Source: a virus. From it: a stretch of DNA of 64,000 nt. The notes under the pieces were generated by a model that worked only from the letters and a program-made list of their open reading frames with translations, searched no databases and was not told the DNA's origin. The position numbers were made by a program, and so were the translations under genes. This document shows, in pieces, positions 45,556-54,566 of the stretch. The stretch spans positions 22,002 through 86,001 of the IMG/VR virus record IMGVR_UViG_3300035152_000026. The stretch is one strand, 5' to 3'. Positions within the stretch are counted from its first letter, which is position 1. Every line of letters begins with the position of its first letter.

Positions 45556-46679
45556 AGCCAAAGACAAAACGAGTGCGGTGGGAGTGCCCGAACGGCGAGC
45601 ACCCGGGTGTGCTCGGCTCGACTCGTCCACCCAAGGATTCCATCGTGCGCTACTGCCTTCCCTGCTCTGAGGCGAGCGGTCGCCTGGTCGAGCGCGTGGC
45701 GCCGGCTCTGGAACGCAAGCGCGCTGCGAAGACCGCAGCTCGGAAGACCAAGGCGCAGAAGCAGCAGGAGCGCGAGGCCGCGAGGATGCGCGAGTGGCCA
45801 AACGCGCTCCACTTGATCTTCGAGCACGCGAAGCGGCTCAAGTGCTGGCGCAAAGAGGTCAAGCACGCGAAGCTAGAGCTGCGCCACTCGAAGACGCGCT
45901 CCTTCAGTCCAGGACATGCGCACTACCTCAGCGGCCGCATCACGATGACTGCCGGCAGCGACGTCGGTGGCGCCATCGAGACGCTGGTCCACGAGCTGGC
46001 ACACATCGCTCACTTCGAGCGCTACGAGCGCAAGACCTATTTCAACTACGACCTGGAAAGCAGCAAGCGCAAGCCGCACGGGTCGCGCTTCTACGGCGTC
46101 CTGTTCGAGGCCAGCGCTGAGCTGCTCGGCGAGCAGTACATGGGAGGCATCCGCGCTGCGGCCCGCGAGCGCAACCAGCGCGAAAGCGGCGGTAGCCGAG
46201 CAACAGCACCACACATCGACGCCGAGCTGAGCCGACGCTACAACCGGGCTGTCGCCGACGGCGTGTTTGCTGACTTCGGTCTGACCGAGACACGCATCAA
46301 GGCCGCGCCGTCGAAGTCGCGTGCCAAGGAGACCACGCCGGGCCGCGTGACCTTCACGATCCCGTCGCCCATCGAAGCTCCCCTCGGACTCGACGACACA
46401 GCCCGTGAATGGCGTCAGCGCTTCCCCGAGCTGCGCGAGGCCTACGACAACGGGAAGCGGGGCCGTGCCGGCCGTGGCTACTACACGCGCGTCGAGGGCC
46501 CATTCATCATCCTCGATCAACTGGCCGCCCTGATACGTGACACTGTTGACGCATACGGTTGCCGCGCAGCGGATTGTCTCTATGAGCGGTTGAAGACCCA
46601 CAAGCGTGCAGCTGATCGAGAAGCCTCAGCCGTCGTACAGCTCTTCGTCACGCTCGGCAAACTAAAGGATGCGCGATGA
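45552..46679 (+). CDS. zinc-ribbon plus HExxH (SprT-like?) protein
   Basis: ATGA overlap. N-terminal CPNGEH...CLPC. LVHELAHIAHF motif. Confidence 0.55.
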   Translation: MKPKTKRVRWECPNGEHPGVLGSTRPPKDSIVRYCLPCSEASGRLVERVAPALERKRAAKTAARKTKAQKQQEREAARMREWPNALHLIFEHAKRLKCWRKEVKHAKLELRHSKTRSFSPGHAHYLSGRITMTAGSDVGGAIETLVHELAHIAHFERYERKTYFNYDLESSKRKPHGSRFYGVLFEASAELLGEQYMGGIRAAARERNQRESGGSRATAPHIDAELSRRYNRAVADGVFADFGLTETRIKAAPSKSRAKETTPGRVTFTIPSPIEAPLGLDDTAREWRQRFPELREAYDNGKRGRAGRGYYTRVEGPFIILDQLAALIRDTVDAYGCRAADCLYERLKTHKRAADREASAVVQLFVTLGKLKDAR

Positions 46680-46840
46680 AACAGCAAATCCCCACCATCA
46701 ACTGGACCCACACAAAGCTGGAGCGCTTCGCCAAGCTCGTGGAGGCCACCAAGGGCGATACCCTGGTGTTCGAGGGCCACACGTTTGACAAGCGCTACGC
46801 GGAGTACCTGATCGAGTTTCTGCGAGCCCAACTGCTATGA
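46676..46840 (+). CDS. small hypothetical protein (54 aa)
   Basis: ATGA overlaps at both ends. Confidence 0.3.
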   Translation: MKQQIPTINWTHTKLERFAKLVEATKGDTLVFEGHTFDKRYAEYLIEFLRAQLL

Positions 46841-47076
46841 ACGACGCCACAACCAAGCTCAAAGTACGTGTGCACAAAGCACTCGATACCCTCCTGCATG
46901 ACGTGCTCAAGAACGTGTCCGTGAGTGACGAGCTACAGGTGCGTCTCGTTGTGACACTCGCGATCCGTGAGTGGACGCTCACACAAGTAGACTACCTGAC
47001 CAAATCCCAGACGCTGATCGACGCGTACAAAGAGAAGCGTGACCGCGAAGTAGCAGATAACTGTCCACCGAAGTGA
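46837..47076 (+). CDS. hypothetical protein
   Basis: 79 aa. Its 3' end lies inside a 57-bp direct repeat. Confidence 0.4.
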   Translation: MNDATTKLKVRVHKALDTLLHDVLKNVSVSDELQVRLVVTLAIREWTLTQVDYLTKSQTLIDAYKEKRDREVADNCPPK

Positions 47077-47115
47077 TCGAACGGCCCCGAGGGGTGAAAA
47101 GGATCAACGATGAAA
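47059..47115 (+). repeat. 57-bp direct repeat, copy 1 (second copy at 47336-47392)
   Basis: aactgtccaccgaagtgatcgaacggccccgaggggtgaaaaggatcaacgatgaaa against the second copy, with 3 mismatches. The pair flanks ORF 47110..47331. Confidence 0.8.
47083..47095 (+). promoter_or_regulatory. GGCCCC-GA-GGGGT start-proximal motif
   Basis: 14 nt upstream of ATG 47110. Inside 57-bp direct repeat copy 1. Confidence 0.5.
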
Positions 47116-47331
47116 CATAACATCCTGTACGTCGTCACCTACCGCACGCCGCACCTACCAGGCGTTGCTATCGTGTACGCAGCGTCGCCCGCTGAAGCGG
47201 TTGCGCTGGCACGCAGCGCGCCCGATCCAAACGACCCGAACTGCAAGCTGGAGCGTGAAGACCTCGACGTTGAGCCGCTCACCAAATCAGATAGCTCGGC
47301 TGTCCTCTACGACTTCTGCCACGAGGAGTAG
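47110..47331 (+). CDS. hypothetical protein
   Basis: GGCCCCGAGGGGT motif plus aaagga SD. Flanked by 57-bp direct repeats. Confidence 0.45.
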   Translation: MKHNILYVVTYRTPHLPGVAIVYAASPAEAVALARSAPDPNDPNCKLEREDLDVEPLTKSDSSAVLYDFCHEE

Positions 47332-47359
47332 TACAAACTGTCCACCGAAGTGATCGAAC

Positions 47360-47372
47360 GGCCCCGAGGGGC
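47360..47372 (+). promoter_or_regulatory. GGCCCC-GA-GGGGC start-proximal motif
   Basis: 14 nt upstream of ATG 47387. Inside 57-bp direct repeat copy 2. Confidence 0.5.
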
Positions 47373-47386
47373 AAAAAGGATCAACG

Positions 47387-47539
47387 ATGAAATCCGTAGC
47401 ATTGGACCTCGATATTCACGAAGCGAACGCGCTAATCGCGCTGCTTTCTGTGGCCGCGGACGATGACCTGGAGACTCTTGCGCGACTGCTCGCAGTACGC
47501 AACCGGCTTCGACAGCTCACTAGGTGGGCGCAACGCTAG
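47387..47539 (+). CDS. small hypothetical protein (50 aa)
   Basis: Same motif plus SD as 47110. Confidence 0.3.
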   Translation: MKSVALDLDIHEANALIALLSVAADDDLETLARLLAVRNRLRQLTRWAQR

Positions 47540-47551
47540 GGAGCCTAATCG

Positions 47552-47773
47552 ATGAGCGAGAACTACTGGGACAAGCAGCAGGTCAAGATGTTCGTGGGAG
47601 ACGTGCGCAAGCAGGTGGGTAACGGTTGGAGCTACCTCGGCCGGCCGGTACAGGAAGCCCTCATCGCCGCCAGGGCTTTCCAAGTGTGCCGTAGCCAGGC
47701 AAGCGAGACGGTCCCGGTGGAAGCGATGGACGAACTCTACGATCGCATGATGACTGAAGCAGGACTCAGCTAA
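47552..47773 (+). CDS. hypothetical protein
   Basis: SD gggagcc. 73 aa. Confidence 0.45.
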   Translation: MSENYWDKQQVKMFVGDVRKQVGNGWSYLGRPVQEALIAARAFQVCRSQASETVPVEAMDELYDRMMTEAGLS

Positions 47774-47958
47774 TGTTTCTTGTGATCTGTATAAACGACG
47801 GCGCGTACCACCTTGCTACCCACACGGTGTTCCGTAGTCGGCGTTTGGCCAATTGGTACAGGTCCACCATCTCCCCCGACCGCCGGGCCATCGTCGTGCA
47901 CTACGATGGCAGGTTTCTTCGCGACGACGCAGAGGAACGCTTCGGCAAACATGGCTAA
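47773..47958 (+). CDS. hypothetical protein
   Basis: ATG overlapping TAA. Confidence 0.35.
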   Translation: MFLVICINDGAYHLATHTVFRSRRLANWYRSTISPDRRAIVVHYDGRFLRDDAEERFGKHG

Positions 47959-49033
47959 GCTACCACCAGATTGGCACCGCCGAAGTTTCGCGCAGAAGCT
48001 CTCGTTCGTCGCGTGTGCCATGCGGCATGGTCCGCGACCGTCAGCGAGCCACCGCGAGTGGCTCTACGATCTCGCCAAGGATCAAGCGAAGCTTCGCCTC
48101 ATCTTGGATGCTGGTAAACGGTTCCAGAACGGCCCGCTGCTCGCCACTGTCAAAGGCAGCGAGATGGACAGTTGGGACGTGGCTGTCAGCGAGGCAGCTG
48201 TGCGCTACCACGCGCACGAGCGTTGGGCAGACTACGGCTGCCAGACGTTTCAGGTCGGCGAGTCCCTTGCTGCACTGCTCGCGCTCACGGACGCGACCGT
48301 GGGCTACGACGCCATTGAGTGGCCGTTTCCGGCGTTCCTACTAGAAGTGCCCGCAGGCTATCTACCGGTGCTCGATCTGCCAGCATATCGTGAGCGCCCC
48401 GTACGCATCCTCGTGCACGACCACCTGCGAGCACAAGGTTACGGACCTGATCATGACGTACCCGAGGAGCGGTGGCTTCACATCGAGGCGTTCTTTGGGG
48501 ACCACACACTTGCTAGTTGCGCCATCAACAAACGGGTAGAAGACCTGGCCGACGGCATCGCCAAAGATCTGCTCAAGACCTACGGCGACGGCTACTCACC
48601 AGAGTTGGTCGAGGTGCGTAACGGTGGCAAATCGCAGCAAGTCATGGAAGCGATCCTCAGCTTCGTATGTGGCTTCGCGCTCTGGTTCACTAGTACGGGA
48701 GGCACTGAGCATCGAACGCCAACCTCCAAGCTGAACAAGCGCAAGGTGAAGAAAACCAAGATTGGTTGGCCCACAGTATGGATCGTCGGACGCTCTGTGA
48801 AGCTCGACCGCGCGTTGCGAGAGGCTGCAAAAGAAGCAGCGTTGACTGCGCGTACCCGTAGTGGGTGGCGCTTGAAAAAGCAACAGTTGGTCAGCGGGCA
48901 CTGGAAGCAACAGCCCCACGGTCCCGGCCGCAAACTGCGAAAACTGATCCACGTCGCGCCCTATCTACGGGGTCCTGACGGCGATGAAGCGTGGACTCGC
49001 GTCTACAAAGCAACGAAGGAAGACGAATCATGA
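47951..49033 (+). CDS. hypothetical protein (360 aa)
   Basis: ATG 47951 within ORF 47813..49033. The upstream part is antisense-like. Confidence 0.55.
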   Translation: MAKLPPDWHRRSFAQKLSFVACAMRHGPRPSASHREWLYDLAKDQAKLRLILDAGKRFQNGPLLATVKGSEMDSWDVAVSEAAVRYHAHERWADYGCQTFQVGESLAALLALTDATVGYDAIEWPFPAFLLEVPAGYLPVLDLPAYRERPVRILVHDHLRAQGYGPDHDVPEERWLHIEAFFGDHTLASCAINKRVEDLADGIAKDLLKTYGDGYSPELVEVRNGGKSQQVMEAILSFVCGFALWFTSTGGTEHRTPTSKLNKRKVKKTKIGWPTVWIVGRSVKLDRALREAAKEAALTARTRSGWRLKKQQLVSGHWKQQPHGPGRKLRKLIHVAPYLRGPDGDEAWTRVYKATKEDES

Positions 49034-49218
49034 AACGCTGCGGCGTCTGCAAGAACTGCGTAGAGCTGGCGAAGGTGCAACGGTCGGTGCTGCGTGTTGT
49101 GAACCCGCCCTTCTCACACGCCGACGATGACGCTGTGAGGCTCTGGAACGCCGAGCTGGAGAAGCTGCCGTGCCTCAAGGAGACTGAGCGATTCGAGCAC
49201 TCCGGGCGAGCCCATTAA
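49030..49218 (+). CDS. Cys-rich small protein
   Basis: ATGA overlap. CGVCKNC. Confidence 0.4.
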   Translation: MKRCGVCKNCVELAKVQRSVLRVVNPPFSHADDDAVRLWNAELEKLPCLKETERFEHSGRAH

Positions 49219-49282
49219 GCGGTAAGTATTCAACGGGTTACGCTGGTGAATAACACAGCAGCACACCGCGTCGAACACGAAA

Positions 49283-49295
49283 GGCCCCGAGGGGC
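49283..49295 (+). promoter_or_regulatory. GGCCCC-GA-GGGGC start-proximal motif
   Basis: 12 nt upstream of ATG 49308. Confidence 0.5.
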
Positions 49296-49307
49296 ACTGG
49301 GAAAGCT

Positions 49308-49541
49308 ATGAAAACGGTCATCGACTACACCACCTGCTGCGATGACTGTCTGTGCAGCTACCTGCGTATCCACACTCCCGAGCAGCGGTTCACGCATCCG
49401 AAACCCTTCTACTGCCTCCACCCGAAGTTCGAGCACGAGAACAAGAAGGTGACCCAAGAGGACAAGCCATTCTCCCAGCGACCCGACTGGTGCCCTCTTG
49501 CTGAAGAATCAGTACTCATTACAGTGAAGCCGAAAGACTAA
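49308..49541 (+). CDS. Cys-rich small protein
   Basis: GGCCCCGAGGGGC motif 12 nt upstream. Confidence 0.45.
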   Translation: MKTVIDYTTCCDDCLCSYLRIHTPEQRFTHPKPFYCLHPKFEHENKKVTQEDKPFSQRPDWCPLAEESVLITVKPKD

Positions 49542-49568
49542 CGATGCGGAACGATGCGGAGGTTTGAT

Positions 49569-50447
49569 ATGCGGTTTGCTATCTGTAGTACGATTTGCAC
49601 TGTCTGTGCGTGCAGTACGGACACACTTGCTACGGATGTGGACGCGGCATTTGTAGACGCTGGCACAGACGACGCGGACAGTACAGACGACGCGGATGTT
49701 GACGCGACCGCGGATGTTGACGCGACTATCGTATTGTCAGACGCACTATTCATCGTAGACGCAGCAGTGGATGCTGTGTTGTCGCCGGATGCCGACGTGC
49801 CGCCGGATGCAGTACTGCCACCGGATGCTGCTCCACTACCGGATGCGTATGCTTCACCGGATGCGTATGCTTCACCGGATGCATATGCTTCACCAGATGC
49901 GTATGTTCCTCCGGCGGACGCTATTGCGCTTCCAGATGCAGTACCGCCGTCAGACGCGTACGTACCGCTGCCAGACGCGTACGTACCGCCGCCAGAGCCC
50001 TGGAATCCACTCCCCGAGCACTTCGACGTGGTCTGGACTTACACTGGCAACTGCGCGGGAGACCCGATTCCGGCGAACGGAATTTTCGACTTCCGTGACT
50101 ATACGGAGCTGACCGTTATCGACCACGGTTACGAGAATATCGATATGGTCTTCTCGAAGCCAGGTAGTAGCAGCAGCAAGTACTTCGACGCGGAGCTATT
50201 TGTTGGATGGGAGTTCGAGTGGGACGTCGAGGAAGCGTACCTTCGGCCGTTTTCCAATGGCGCGTGTCCGTGGCTTCCATCCACGATCCGATTTGCTGCA
50301 CACACAGCCGAACAAGTCTCGGACACACAGCTCGTAGGAGAGTCCCGTGTGATCGGCTGGACGATTTGTTTTCCCGCAGGGCAGCCGCCCGGCACGCCAC
50401 CTGGGTGCCGCAACGACTGGCAGTACGTTGCTACTGTAGCTCCGTGA
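49569..50447 (+). CDS. secreted/lipoprotein-like Asp/Ala/Pro repeat protein (PDAYAS x4)
   Basis: SD ggagg. Cys-rich N-terminal signal-like region. 18-bp tandem DNA repeats. Confidence 0.5.
   Translation: MRFAICSTICTVCACSTDTLATDVDAAFVDAGTDDADSTDDADVDATADVDATIVLSDALFIVDAAVDAVLSPDADVPPDAVLPPDAAPLPDAYASPDAYASPDAYASPDAYVPPADAIALPDAVPPSDAYVPLPDAYVPPPEPWNPLPEHFDVVWTYTGNCAGDPIPANGIFDFRDYTELTVIDHGYENIDMVFSKPGSSSSKYFDAELFVGWEFEWDVEEAYLRPFSNGACPWLPSTIRFAAHTAEQVSDTQLVGESRVIGWTICFPAGQPPGTPPGCRNDWQYVATVAP
49840..49911 (+). repeat. 18-bp tandem repeat x4 (CCGGATGCGTATGCTTCA)
   Basis: Encodes PDAYAS x4 within CDS 49569..50447. Confidence 0.8.
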
Positions 50448-50454
50448 GGCAACA

Positions 50455-50895
50455 ATGACGAACGCGCAACGTATCAGCTCAGCGATCTCCTCGCGCGCCA
50501 TAGGCGTCGTCGAGGCACTCTGGAGCACGGACCTCCCCGAGGAAGTGCTCGCTGACGCCATCACGGACGCGCTCTACGAGTCTGCACGCGTCGTAGTTGG
50601 TTGGAGTGATTTCGGCATCGGCAGCTACGAATGCCGCGGAGCACGTGGCACGGACATCAATTGGCAGCCTGAGGTCGATGACGAGGAGAGCTATGCGGTC
50701 GTCGCGATCCGTGCTCCCGCAGGCCTGACGTTGCCGTCGCTGCGCCTAACAATGCATGGCGGCGGCTGCACGGGAGATCATCCCGGACCGTGCCACTTAG
50801 GGTGCCGGTCGTGGGACACCGATGTCCGATGGCGCCCGATCTACACTGAGAAACGCGATGACGGATGGCTTTACGCCATCTACCAAGGAAGCTAG
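50455..50895 (+). CDS. hypothetical protein
   Basis: 146 aa. Confidence 0.45.
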   Translation: MTNAQRISSAISSRAIGVVEALWSTDLPEEVLADAITDALYESARVVVGWSDFGIGSYECRGARGTDINWQPEVDDEESYAVVAIRAPAGLTLPSLRLTMHGGGCTGDHPGPCHLGCRSWDTDVRWRPIYTEKRDDGWLYAIYQGS

Positions 50896-50930
50896 TCCGT
50901 TAGTCCGTAACCTACAACACAGGAGCAGAA

Positions 50931-51521
50931 ATGAGACACGCAATCGCAATCACAATCGTACTCGGAATCACAGGTCTGGAAGGAATCGCGTCCGCGGATT
51001 ACGGCGCGAAGGGGGTCATCGAGGTCGGCGGCTCGATCAGCACGTCGCATATGACGACCACGATGGAGTTCGACGCCACAGGTCAGGAGGCAGAGATCAC
51101 AAAGACCTCGATCGAGGTCGCGCCGATGGTTGCGTACTTCGTGGCACCCGGCGTGTATGTCGGCGTCGCGCCTTTCATATCGCATGACATCACAGACTCC
51201 GACGGCGATACCTCAACAGAGACGACTCTCGGTGTGCGTGTTGCCGGTGCGTACCTGATCAACGGCGGCAAAGTCTACTACGGCCCGATTCTCGCAGTTG
51301 GTGTTGAGAACCTCGGCGTGGACGAGAGCGAGTCCATGACCATGTCTGGATTCGACGTCGGTGGTGGCCTGCTGCTGCGTGTTCCAGTCGGCAAACACGG
51401 CCTCGTGGGTGGTGGCGTCACGTACAACTTCATGTCACTGTCCGGCGAGTACGCCGACATGGACCTGTCCTCGTCCGTCTCGGGCCTGGACGTGTCGCTA
51501 GAATTCGGGCTATTCTTCTAA
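50931..51521 (+). CDS. outer-membrane beta-barrel-like protein
   Basis: Signal peptide. Alternating hydrophobic beta-strand pattern. C-terminal ...LEFGLFF ending in Phe. Confidence 0.55.
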   Translation: MRHAIAITIVLGITGLEGIASADYGAKGVIEVGGSISTSHMTTTMEFDATGQEAEITKTSIEVAPMVAYFVAPGVYVGVAPFISHDITDSDGDTSTETTLGVRVAGAYLINGGKVYYGPILAVGVENLGVDESESMTMSGFDVGGGLLLRVPVGKHGLVGGGVTYNFMSLSGEYADMDLSSSVSGLDVSLEFGLFF

Positions 51522-51554
51522 GAGAAGGCCCAAGACCAAGAACCGACGACCGAC

Positions 51555-51567
51555 GGCCCCGAGGGGC
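51555..51567 (+). promoter_or_regulatory. GGCCCC-GA-GGGGC start-proximal motif
   Basis: 13 nt upstream of ATG 51581. Confidence 0.5.
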
Positions 51568-51580
51568 GAGGAGAACATCG

Positions 51581-52315
51581 ATGCAGCCATTCACCAGGAC
51601 CGTAGAGGAATTTCTCAAAGGCGAGGCGCGCACGTACAAGAGCGCGAAAGGTCGCTACTCGACCGACGGTCAATACTTCTACAGCTACCAAATGGCCATC
51701 GCATGGCGACGAGGCCATGCGCACGTCGAAGTTCTCCACGACGACCGCCTACCCTCGCTCACCACACTGCGCCACGCGGAACAGCTGTGCCAGCTAATAG
51801 GTGGTTATGGAACGGCTCAGCTTACTGTCGTGTACGACTTCGACGCGACACGGTGTGAGACGTGTGGTGAGTATCATAAAGACCACGCTTACCCCTCCTA
51901 CGGCTATGGTACGCGCGACACGTTTCGTAGCGGCCAAGACGTGTGCGCGTACCATCAGGCTCTCCGCGAGGAGGATGCGTTGGAGGCTCGCGGTCTCGTA
52001 CAAGCGTCTCACCTCCAACAGCTCGCTGCCGTACGAGATGCAGCGCTCGACTACAACGTCGTCACCATCCCATGCAAGAGTGAATGCAAACGTACATTGT
52101 GGATCGAGCCGCTGGCCCGGACGATCCTCGAACTGCCCACGTCCGTGCCCTACAAACACAAGCGTGCGCTCCTAAAACGGATCGGCCGCGATTCGGAGTT
52201 CCGCCAGGCAGTAGAAGCGCTAGCTGCCGCGCCGAGGGCGCTGCTAGCATTCGCGAAGAACTACGCGGAGGAACATCTACCGCTACCCCGACAGCTCACC
52301 CTCGATCTAGAGTAG
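51581..52315 (+). CDS. hypothetical protein (244 aa)
   Basis: GGCCCCGAGGGGC motif plus gaggag SD. Confidence 0.55.
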   Translation: MQPFTRTVEEFLKGEARTYKSAKGRYSTDGQYFYSYQMAIAWRRGHAHVEVLHDDRLPSLTTLRHAEQLCQLIGGYGTAQLTVVYDFDATRCETCGEYHKDHAYPSYGYGTRDTFRSGQDVCAYHQALREEDALEARGLVQASHLQQLAAVRDAALDYNVVTIPCKSECKRTLWIEPLARTILELPTSVPYKHKRALLKRIGRDSEFRQAVEALAAAPRALLAFAKNYAEEHLPLPRQLTLDLE

Positions 52316-52328
52316 ACTGGGAAGGAAG

Positions 52329-52571
52329 ATGAGACAGTACGTGCGCATCAAGTTTCAGCCTGTGGGTAAACGTCCCCGTTGGTATTGGGCGATCAAGCTA
52401 AGACAGGGTCGCTACAAGCGCACGACCAAAGAGGGTGATCCATGCATTGCTGAACGGCGACGCCCTGACGGAGTCATCGTCTGTACTGAGGAGCTTCTGA
52501 TCGGCGAGCCTATCGAGGAGCGGCCAGCCCGCATGAACCTCCACTACGCGTGGCTTGAGGAGATCAAATGA
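52329..52571 (+). CDS. hypothetical basic protein
   Basis: SD ggaaggaag. Confidence 0.4.
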   Translation: MRQYVRIKFQPVGKRPRWYWAIKLRQGRYKRTTKEGDPCIAERRRPDGVIVCTEELLIGEPIEERPARMNLHYAWLEEIK

Positions 52572-53065
52572 GAATTCCATGTAACCCAGGCCCGCATCAC
52601 TGGGCAGGACCCCACGGTGGCTGTTTCCGCCCGGCCGGCCCCATTCACAAGATTGATGACGGCGCCCTCGCGGGCTTCCTCGACGGCTACGCCTGGTCGA
52701 GCAGGAGCACGCTGTCAGCGCGCATCATCGTCGGCTTCAGCGTCGGGGATACGCCGACCTGGGACATCGACGATCTGATCCCCATCGTCCAGGAGATCCG
52801 CCTCGCGCAAGGCGCGGCGCCCAACGCAAGCTTCCTCGCGCAGCGGGGCATCTACCAGCACCGGGATCCGCGAAAGGGGATCGTAGTCGAGGACGGCGCG
52901 CAGATTCTCATCATCAACATGGAGGACCTCTCCGAGGCTGAGTTCGAGCAGCAGATGGCCGACCTCGCCGCGGACCTCGCCGAGCAACTGAAGCAGGAAG
53001 AGGTGATCCTGGAGATCCAGCGCAACGGCGTGACGCTGCAAACCCACGGCATCGTCCCCGACTAG
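52568..53065 (+). CDS. hypothetical protein
   Basis: ATGA overlap. 165 aa. Confidence 0.5.
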   Translation: MRIPCNPGPHHWAGPHGGCFRPAGPIHKIDDGALAGFLDGYAWSSRSTLSARIIVGFSVGDTPTWDIDDLIPIVQEIRLAQGAAPNASFLAQRGIYQHRDPRKGIVVEDGAQILIINMEDLSEAEFEQQMADLAADLAEQLKQEEVILEIQRNGVTLQTHGIVPD

Positions 53066-53078
53066 ATGGAGAGTGCTG

Positions 53079-53420
53079 ATGCGACCACTCACACCCACTA
53101 TGAAGCGCGCGCTCTGCGCGATCAACAACGCCCGCGGACCAGTGATCTCGGCCTACAGTGGGCGCGCAAGTGACCGCACGCCCGCATACGCGGCCGGCGT
53201 AGACATCACGCACCGAACGCTCAATGCGCTCAAGCGCCGCGGGCTCGTCAAGGTCGTCCGCACTGACCCTGGCCGCCACGTGTTGCAGTATGGACAACGT
53301 GGACACCGGGTCGTGCACTGGGTGGATCTCTACTGGGAACTGACCGACGCCGGTCGAGCAGCTACAACCTGTACAGAGAGTGCTGAGGCCAAACCGCGCA
53401 AGCGAAAGGCGAGACGATGA
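53079..53420 (+). CDS. putative winged-helix DNA-binding protein
   Basis: NALKRRGLVKVV helix-like segment. Basic C-terminal tail. Confidence 0.4.
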   Translation: MRPLTPTMKRALCAINNARGPVISAYSGRASDRTPAYAAGVDITHRTLNALKRRGLVKVVRTDPGRHVLQYGQRGHRVVHWVDLYWELTDAGRAATTCTESAEAKPRKRKARR

Positions 53421-53468
53421 GGATTCTGCGAGAGCGCACCTGGCAAGTCACAAGCAAAGAGCCGTGCG

Positions 53469-53651
53469 ATGACGACACTGAATGAGGATTTGACGGAGCT
53501 TGTCGGTGTGTTCTCTGGTGAGGACGGCGGTGTGACGTTCGTGCTTGTGCGCCAATTTGTCGAGCAGTGCGAGGCGGAGGGACGCGACCTACCGTTTCTT
53601 CGTCAGATGGCGCGTATGTGTCGGATCTTGCGTTTGCGTATGGAGGGATGA
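53469..53651 (+). CDS. small hypothetical protein
   Basis: 60 aa. Confidence 0.3.
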   Translation: MTTLNEDLTELVGVFSGEDGGVTFVLVRQFVEQCEAEGRDLPFLRQMARMCRILRLRMEG

Positions 53652-54001
53652 GGTTGGACGCAACGGAAAGGCAGGTGACGCTAGACATGGCGAACCTGCG
53701 ACCGAGTGTCACTGGCATAGGCGCATACGTCCACGTCTATCAGAATCTCGATCAGCGAGCCCGACACTGCCCGCGGATCAAGGTGTACCCGGGTAGTCCG
53801 GGCGCAGGCGACGCTACCACAATTGCGATCCCTCACCATGCCGATCCGTACGTGTTGGGCAGCATCACAGTGTCGCAGGCTGTGCTGCGACGGGCTCTGG
53901 AGTTCGCCGAGCTGAATCGTGAGGCACTGACACAGTACTGGGTAGATCCTGACATGGGCACCGACGAGCTGATCGACGAGCTGATGGCTGTGGACGAATA
54001 G
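53648..54001 (+). CDS. DUF4160-like divergent paralog (HxPRIKV ... LNxEAL..YW)
   Basis: ATGA overlap. Paralog of 54567..54890. Confidence 0.45.
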   Translation: MRLDATERQVTLDMANLRPSVTGIGAYVHVYQNLDQRARHCPRIKVYPGSPGAGDATTIAIPHHADPYVLGSITVSQAVLRRALEFAELNREALTQYWVDPDMGTDELIDELMAVDE

Positions 54002-54019
54002 GGGTAAAGTAGGTAGAGG

Positions 54020-54271
54020 ATGCTGGGCTCACCACAGGTATATCGCGAGCGGAACTTCTCGTTCCAAGTGTTCTTCAATGAGGGGAGTGAACCTCCGCAC
54101 GTACACGTCGTTCGAGGTGATGGGGCTGCGAAAGTGTGGCTCGATCCCGTCAGCCTGTGTTGGAACCGGGGGTTCAATCGCAGCGAACTGCGCTGGATTC
54201 TCCAGCGGATTGCCGAGCTGCACACCTTCTTCATGGAGCAATGGAATGCCATCCAAACGCAAGCTCGGTAG
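54020..54271 (+). CDS. DUF4160-like protein
   Basis: FFNEGSEPPHVHVVRGDGAAKVWL matches the DUF4160 signature. Confidence 0.55.
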   Translation: MLGSPQVYRERNFSFQVFFNEGSEPPHVHVVRGDGAAKVWLDPVSLCWNRGFNRSELRWILQRIAELHTFFMEQWNAIQTQAR

Positions 54272-54524
54272 ACGCAAGCCGCCGCCTTTCGCCCGCAGCG
54301 CTAAGGTCATTGGCACGACGTTGGAGATTTCGCTAGACAACGGAACGACAGCCGTCTGCCCACTCGACCCTTATCCTGGAATCAAGCTCGCGCCGGAGCG
54401 TGCACGCCGCCGGGTGCGTGTAATTCGGCCCGGAATCGGGCTTCGGTGGCCTGACCTTGGCTATGAGCTGGGTATCGAGGGACTCCTGCGAAACTGCACG
54501 ATTACGAGCCGGCGGCGTAGGTGA
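54246..54524 (+). CDS. DUF2442-like protein
   Basis: Internal ATG of ORF 54078..54524. ...LRWPDLGYELGIEGLL matches the DUF2442 C-terminal signature. Confidence 0.5.
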   Translation: MPSKRKLGRRKPPPFARSAKVIGTTLEISLDNGTTAVCPLDPYPGIKLAPERARRRVRVIRPGIGLRWPDLGYELGIEGLLRNCTITSRRRR

Positions 54525-54566
54525 GCGGAAGGGCGACGCGCAGCGGGCCAAACACGGAGACACGCA

